This document shows positions 6,710 to 11,239 of a stretch of 11,239 bases of DNA, in pieces (position 1 is the stretch's first letter; every line of letters starts with the position of its first letter). The position numbers and the translations under genes were made by a program. The DNA is from an uncultured Nannocystaceae bacterium (lineage in GTDB: Bacteria; Myxococcota_A; Polyangia; Nannocystales; Nannocystaceae). The DNA is taken from contig CAYTFJ010000116.1 of NCBI GenBank assembly GCA_964437075.1, forward strand, positions 1 through 11,239. Reading direction: 5' to 3'. The notes beneath the pieces are model-generated. The model did not search any database. It saw only the letters and a list, made by a program, of their open reading frames with translations, and had not been told where the DNA came from.

Positions 6710-9700
6710 ATGCCACGCGAAATGGATCGAACCTGGCGGTCTTTGGGGTTGCTCGCCGTGGCGGTGGTCGGTCTTGGTTGCTCTCGGACTGCCCCCATCG
6801 CCGCAGGCGACGCGACAAAGGAGGAGCGCGCGTCCTCGAGGGAATCGGGATCCGAGTTCGAGGATCCTCTTGAGCTCGCGGAGCGCAGCTATCCCCTGCT
6901 GATTTGGGCGGCACATCTGATATCGAAGGACTACTACGACAAATCACGGATTCGGCCCCGGCGCCAGCTCGACTCTGCGTTGGAAGAGATCGGCAGTCGC
7001 TTCCCCGAGTTCTTTGGGGAGCGAAGGGGTGATTCTGCGGTCGTCACGGTTCGTTCGGCTCGCAAGGATTTTTCGCTCGGGTCGATCAAAGATCTGAAGG
7101 GAATGGCGGACCTGCTCGAACGGATTCTTGACTTCGCGGGGGCGACGATAGGGCTCGAGGGGGAAGCTCTTCATGAGCTGGAATACGCGGCGATCAATGG
7201 ATTTTTGGCCCCCCTCGATCCCCATACGATCTTATTGACTCCCGAGGAGACCGCGGACCTTGGAGTGAAGACCAAGGGAAAATTTGCCGGGATTGGCGCC
7301 GAGATTCGCGTCGAATCGCGTCGCCTGTTGGTTGTTCGGGTGCTTCCGGACTCTCCAGCGCAAGCTGCGGGACTGTTGGCGGGCGACCTGGTTCTGGAGA
7401 TCGGTGGACAGTCGACGGTCAATATGAATCTCGTGGGCGCTCAAAAACTTCTACGCGGCGTGGCCGGTACGCGCGTTGAGCTGATGGTTCGAAGAGGGTC
7501 GAATCGGCGAAGTCTCGAAATTGAGCGCGATGTCATCCGGATCGCCAGTGTCCGTAGCATGATGCTGCCTGGTGTCATGGGGTACATCCAGGTGTCGACC
7601 TTTCAAGAGGACACCGCAGACAAGGTTGAGGAGGCGATCGGTCAACTTAAAAAAGATGCCGAATCCAAAGGTTCGGGCCTCGCGGGACTGGTGTTGGATC
7701 TCCGCGGAAATTCGGGCGGCCTTCTCGTTCAAGCGACCCAATTGCTTGACCTGCTGACCACGGAAGGAGAGTTGGTGATCGTTCATACCGCCCGGGGGCG
7801 TGAGAGTGAGGTCGCTACTGCGAAATTGATCCTCGGCGAAAGGGTCCCGGTGGTGGCGATGATCGACGAAGACACGGCATCGGCCGCCGAAATTGTCGCG
7901 GGGGCGATCAAGCATCTGGACCTTGGAGCCGTCCTCGGTCGCGCGAGCTTTGGCAAAGGAACGGTACAGATGTTGAGCAATGCCCATCCTTACGGCCGCA
8001 AACTGGCCTTGAAGATGACTGTCGCTGAATATCGTGTCGCGGGAGACCGCCAGATACAAAATGTGGGCGTTCGTCCTGATCTTCGTATCTATCCTGTGCG
8101 TCTGAGTCAGTACCCGGGGGTCGCAAATTACTACGATACCGAACGCTTTGTCCGACTGCGTCAGATGTACCAAACTGCTCATCTGCCCTCGGCGGTTCAC
8201 GACCAGGGAAGTGATGCCTTCGTTATCAATTCACCGCACCGCTTGCGCTATCTTGATGCCGCCTCCGAGACCCGGGAAGGCGCCGCGGGGGCATCCGTAG
8301 AAGCAAGCGACATCGCGCTTGAAGACCCGGAGATCCGGATCGCAGTCGAGCTTGCTGCTGCGCTCGCCGCGGTCGAAAATGTTCCGCGGGCGCGGGAGGG
8401 GGCACTGGCAGCGTTGACGAAAAGGGTCGCTATTCGAGAGGACCACCGTATTGAGGTGGCGATCGGAAAATGGTCGGTTGATTGGACTCGGCATGAGGCC
8501 TCTACCAAGGGAGAGGAGCAGGCGATCGAGGTGACGGCGCGTATCGTCGAACCGGGGCCTTTCGAGGCCGGGAGTCCGTTCACCTTGCGGATCGAGGTCA
8601 AGAACCCGGGTACGAAAACCCTCGATCGCGTGCATGTGGTGACTGATTGCGAGCAGACTGAACTTGACGGGATCGAGCTCCTCTTCGGTCAACTCGCCCC
8701 GGGAGTGACCGCAACCCGCGATGTTTCGCTTCATCTCATGCCATGGCGCGGCGACTCCAGCGACCGAATCCTAGTCACTGCCCACAGTGGGGATCCGGAC
8801 TCCGTCGCGGATGGCGAGGGTGAGGTTCATTTTACGACGGTAGCGGCCGCGCGTCCCAATTTTTCGTTCGACTACTGGGTGGTCGACTCCGCTTCGCAGG
8901 CGCGCAAGGCTCCGAAGCGCCCGGTGTCAGAGCTCTTTCCTGAGACCGATTCATTCGAAGTCCGTGGCAACGGTGACGGTGTCATTCAGCCTGGGGAACA
9001 GGTGTTGTTTGCCTTTCGGGTCCACAACGAGGGTCCAGGTGAGGCCCCCGAATTTCGGACGGTGCTTCGAAATCTCTCCGGGGCTCAAGGGATGCTCGAA
9101 GAGGGAGTGGTTCCTGGTGGGTTGCTGAAAGTCGGTGCGTCGATGTCGGGAGCCTTTGGTATTTCGGTCTCCGAGCATGCGAACCCGGAGCTTCCCCTTG
9201 AGCTTGAGCTGATCGCCGGAGATGGACGTCTTCGCGAGAGCGTTCATAGCAAGATTCGACTCCGGGTGATTCCTGGTCTGGATGGCTTCGAGGCCCAAAG
9301 GTCCACGGTCAAGGTCGGCAGGGCTGGGGCGCGTCTCCGTGCCGGCGCCGATCCGTCGATGGCCGTCGTGCACGAACTCAAGGAGGGGCACCTTTTGGCC
9401 GTCACGGGAGGTTCTTCCGGCTGGTGGGCGGTGGAGATAGGGGAGGGACGGCGGTTGTGGTTGCCGAAGGACCTCGTGACTGAAACGAGCATGAACGGGG
9501 TGCGTTTGCACGAATCCGATATCGCCGTGCGGATGGTCGACCCGCCTCAGATCGAGTTGTTGCCGAGTTCACTCTCGATCGGCGGTGAGGCCCTGACCGT
9601 TTCGGGTCGTTTGACCCATGCGAAGGCTGTGCTGGATGTGGTGGTTCGTGTACGCCAAGGTGACGGGCGCGGACGGGAGCACAAGGCCTACTATCGCGCG

Positions 9701-9856
9701 AATGGTGGGTCGTCGGGGGATTCTTCCGTCGATCGTCGGACGATGCTATTTTCGTCGACGATCGCGCTCGACTCTGGGAGCAACCTCATCACTGTCGTCG
9801 CGCGCGATGGGGACAAGGTTGAGCGCCGGCGAGACTTTCGTGTTCGCCGGCGCTGA
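6710..9856 (+). CDS. Large S41-family C-terminal processing peptidase (Prc/CtpA-like) lipoprotein, ~1048 aa: signal/lipobox, PDZ domain, S41 catalytic domain, then a ~550-aa extension with Ig-like (CARDB-like) modules and a bacterial SH3 domain
   Basis: The ORF is open from 6656; the start is chosen at ATG 6710 (SD spacing), giving MPREMDRTWRSLGLLAVAVVGLGC. Three S41 landmarks are present: the CtpA N-region YAAINGFLAPLDPHTILLTPEE, the PDZ KFAGIGAEIRVESRRLLVVRVLPDSPAQAAGLLAGDLVLEIGG, and the core GLVLDLRGNSGGLL with Ser region DEDTASAAEIVAGAI and Lys motif SFGKGTVQ. The C-terminal extension has KNPG/HNEGPG-type Ig-like modules (FTLRIEVKNPGTKTLDRVHVV and VLFAFRVHNEGPGEAPEF) and an SH3b-like segment (GARLRAGADPSMAVVHELKEGHLLAVTGGSSGWWAVEIGEGRRLWLPKDLV). 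Confidence 0.8.
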   Translation: MPREMDRTWRSLGLLAVAVVGLGCSRTAPIAAGDATKEERASSRESGSEFEDPLELAERSYPLLIWAAHLISKDYYDKSRIRPRRQLDSALEEIGSRFPEFFGERRGDSAVVTVRSARKDFSLGSIKDLKGMADLLERILDFAGATIGLEGEALHELEYAAINGFLAPLDPHTILLTPEETADLGVKTKGKFAGIGAEIRVESRRLLVVRVLPDSPAQAAGLLAGDLVLEIGGQSTVNMNLVGAQKLLRGVAGTRVELMVRRGSNRRSLEIERDVIRIASVRSMMLPGVMGYIQVSTFQEDTADKVEEAIGQLKKDAESKGSGLAGLVLDLRGNSGGLLVQATQLLDLLTTEGELVIVHTARGRESEVATAKLILGERVPVVAMIDEDTASAAEIVAGAIKHLDLGAVLGRASFGKGTVQMLSNAHPYGRKLALKMTVAEYRVAGDRQIQNVGVRPDLRIYPVRLSQYPGVANYYDTERFVRLRQMYQTAHLPSAVHDQGSDAFVINSPHRLRYLDAASETREGAAGASVEASDIALEDPEIRIAVELAAALAAVENVPRAREGALAALTKRVAIREDHRIEVAIGKWSVDWTRHEASTKGEEQAIEVTARIVEPGPFEAGSPFTLRIEVKNPGTKTLDRVHVVTDCEQTELDGIELLFGQLAPGVTATRDVSLHLMPWRGDSSDRILVTAHSGDPDSVADGEGEVHFTTVAAARPNFSFDYWVVDSASQARKAPKRPVSELFPETDSFEVRGNGDGVIQPGEQVLFAFRVHNEGPGEAPEFRTVLRNLSGAQGMLEEGVVPGGLLKVGASMSGAFGISVSEHANPELPLELELIAGDGRLRESVHSKIRLRVIPGLDGFEAQRSTVKVGRAGARLRAGADPSMAVVHELKEGHLLAVTGGSSGWWAVEIGEGRRLWLPKDLVTETSMNGVRLHESDIAVRMVDPPQIELLPSSLSIGGEALTVSGRLTHAKAVLDVVVRVRQGDGRGREHKAYYRANGGSSGDSSVDRRTMLFSSTIALDSGSNLITVVARDGDKVERRRDFRVRRR

Positions 9857-9888
9857 AGCATTTCTGGCCGAAATGCGAGAAATCTCGG

Positions 9889-11239
<1,351 letters not shown>

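Noticed and set aside
7451-8200. 249-aa minus-strand ORF
   Set aside because: It lies antisense within the S41 peptidase catalytic region, which is strongly supported on the plus strand.

Overview
High-GC chromosomal window, probably from a member of Myxococcota. The clearest support is a 5'-truncated minus-strand gene at the right edge that encodes tandem Myxococcus-type cysteine-rich repeats (CGDG…EECDDGN…C…C) followed by SBBP-like beta-propeller repeats. Four predicted lipoproteins are also present. Nine genes have sequence support. (1) Succinyl-CoA:3-ketoacid CoA-transferase subunit B (370..1008, -), with no adjacent A subunit. (2) tRNA-Lys(CTT) (232..304, -) with a GNRA-capped intrinsic terminator. 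(3) A lipoprotein with a long Gly/Asp/Asn-rich tether and a Vgb/NHL-like beta-propeller (1187..2587, +). (4) A secreted S9/S15-like alpha/beta-hydrolase whose nucleophile Ser is replaced by Gly (GHGEGG; 2647..4335, +). (5) A minus-strand pair bounded by a strong terminator: a small TerB-like protein (5492..5869) and an SPFH/Band-7 (YdjI-like) protein with a Met/Gly-rich linker and a C-terminal SHOCT domain (4368..5435). (6) A small DUF2914-like lipoprotein (6015..6518, -). (7) A ~1050-aa S41 C-terminal-processing peptidase lipoprotein with PDZ and a long C-terminal extension of Ig-like (CARDB-like) modules plus a bacterial SH3 domain (6710..9856, +). (8) The 5'-truncated Cys-rich-repeat/SBBP protein (9889..11239, -). 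No CRISPR array, transposase or integrase is visible. The most interesting items are the TerB-like plus SPFH-SHOCT module, the Ser-less hydrolase paired with a propeller lipoprotein, and several in-frame coding microsatellites ((CATGCC)5 and (GCCGTC)9) that could vary in length without frameshift.
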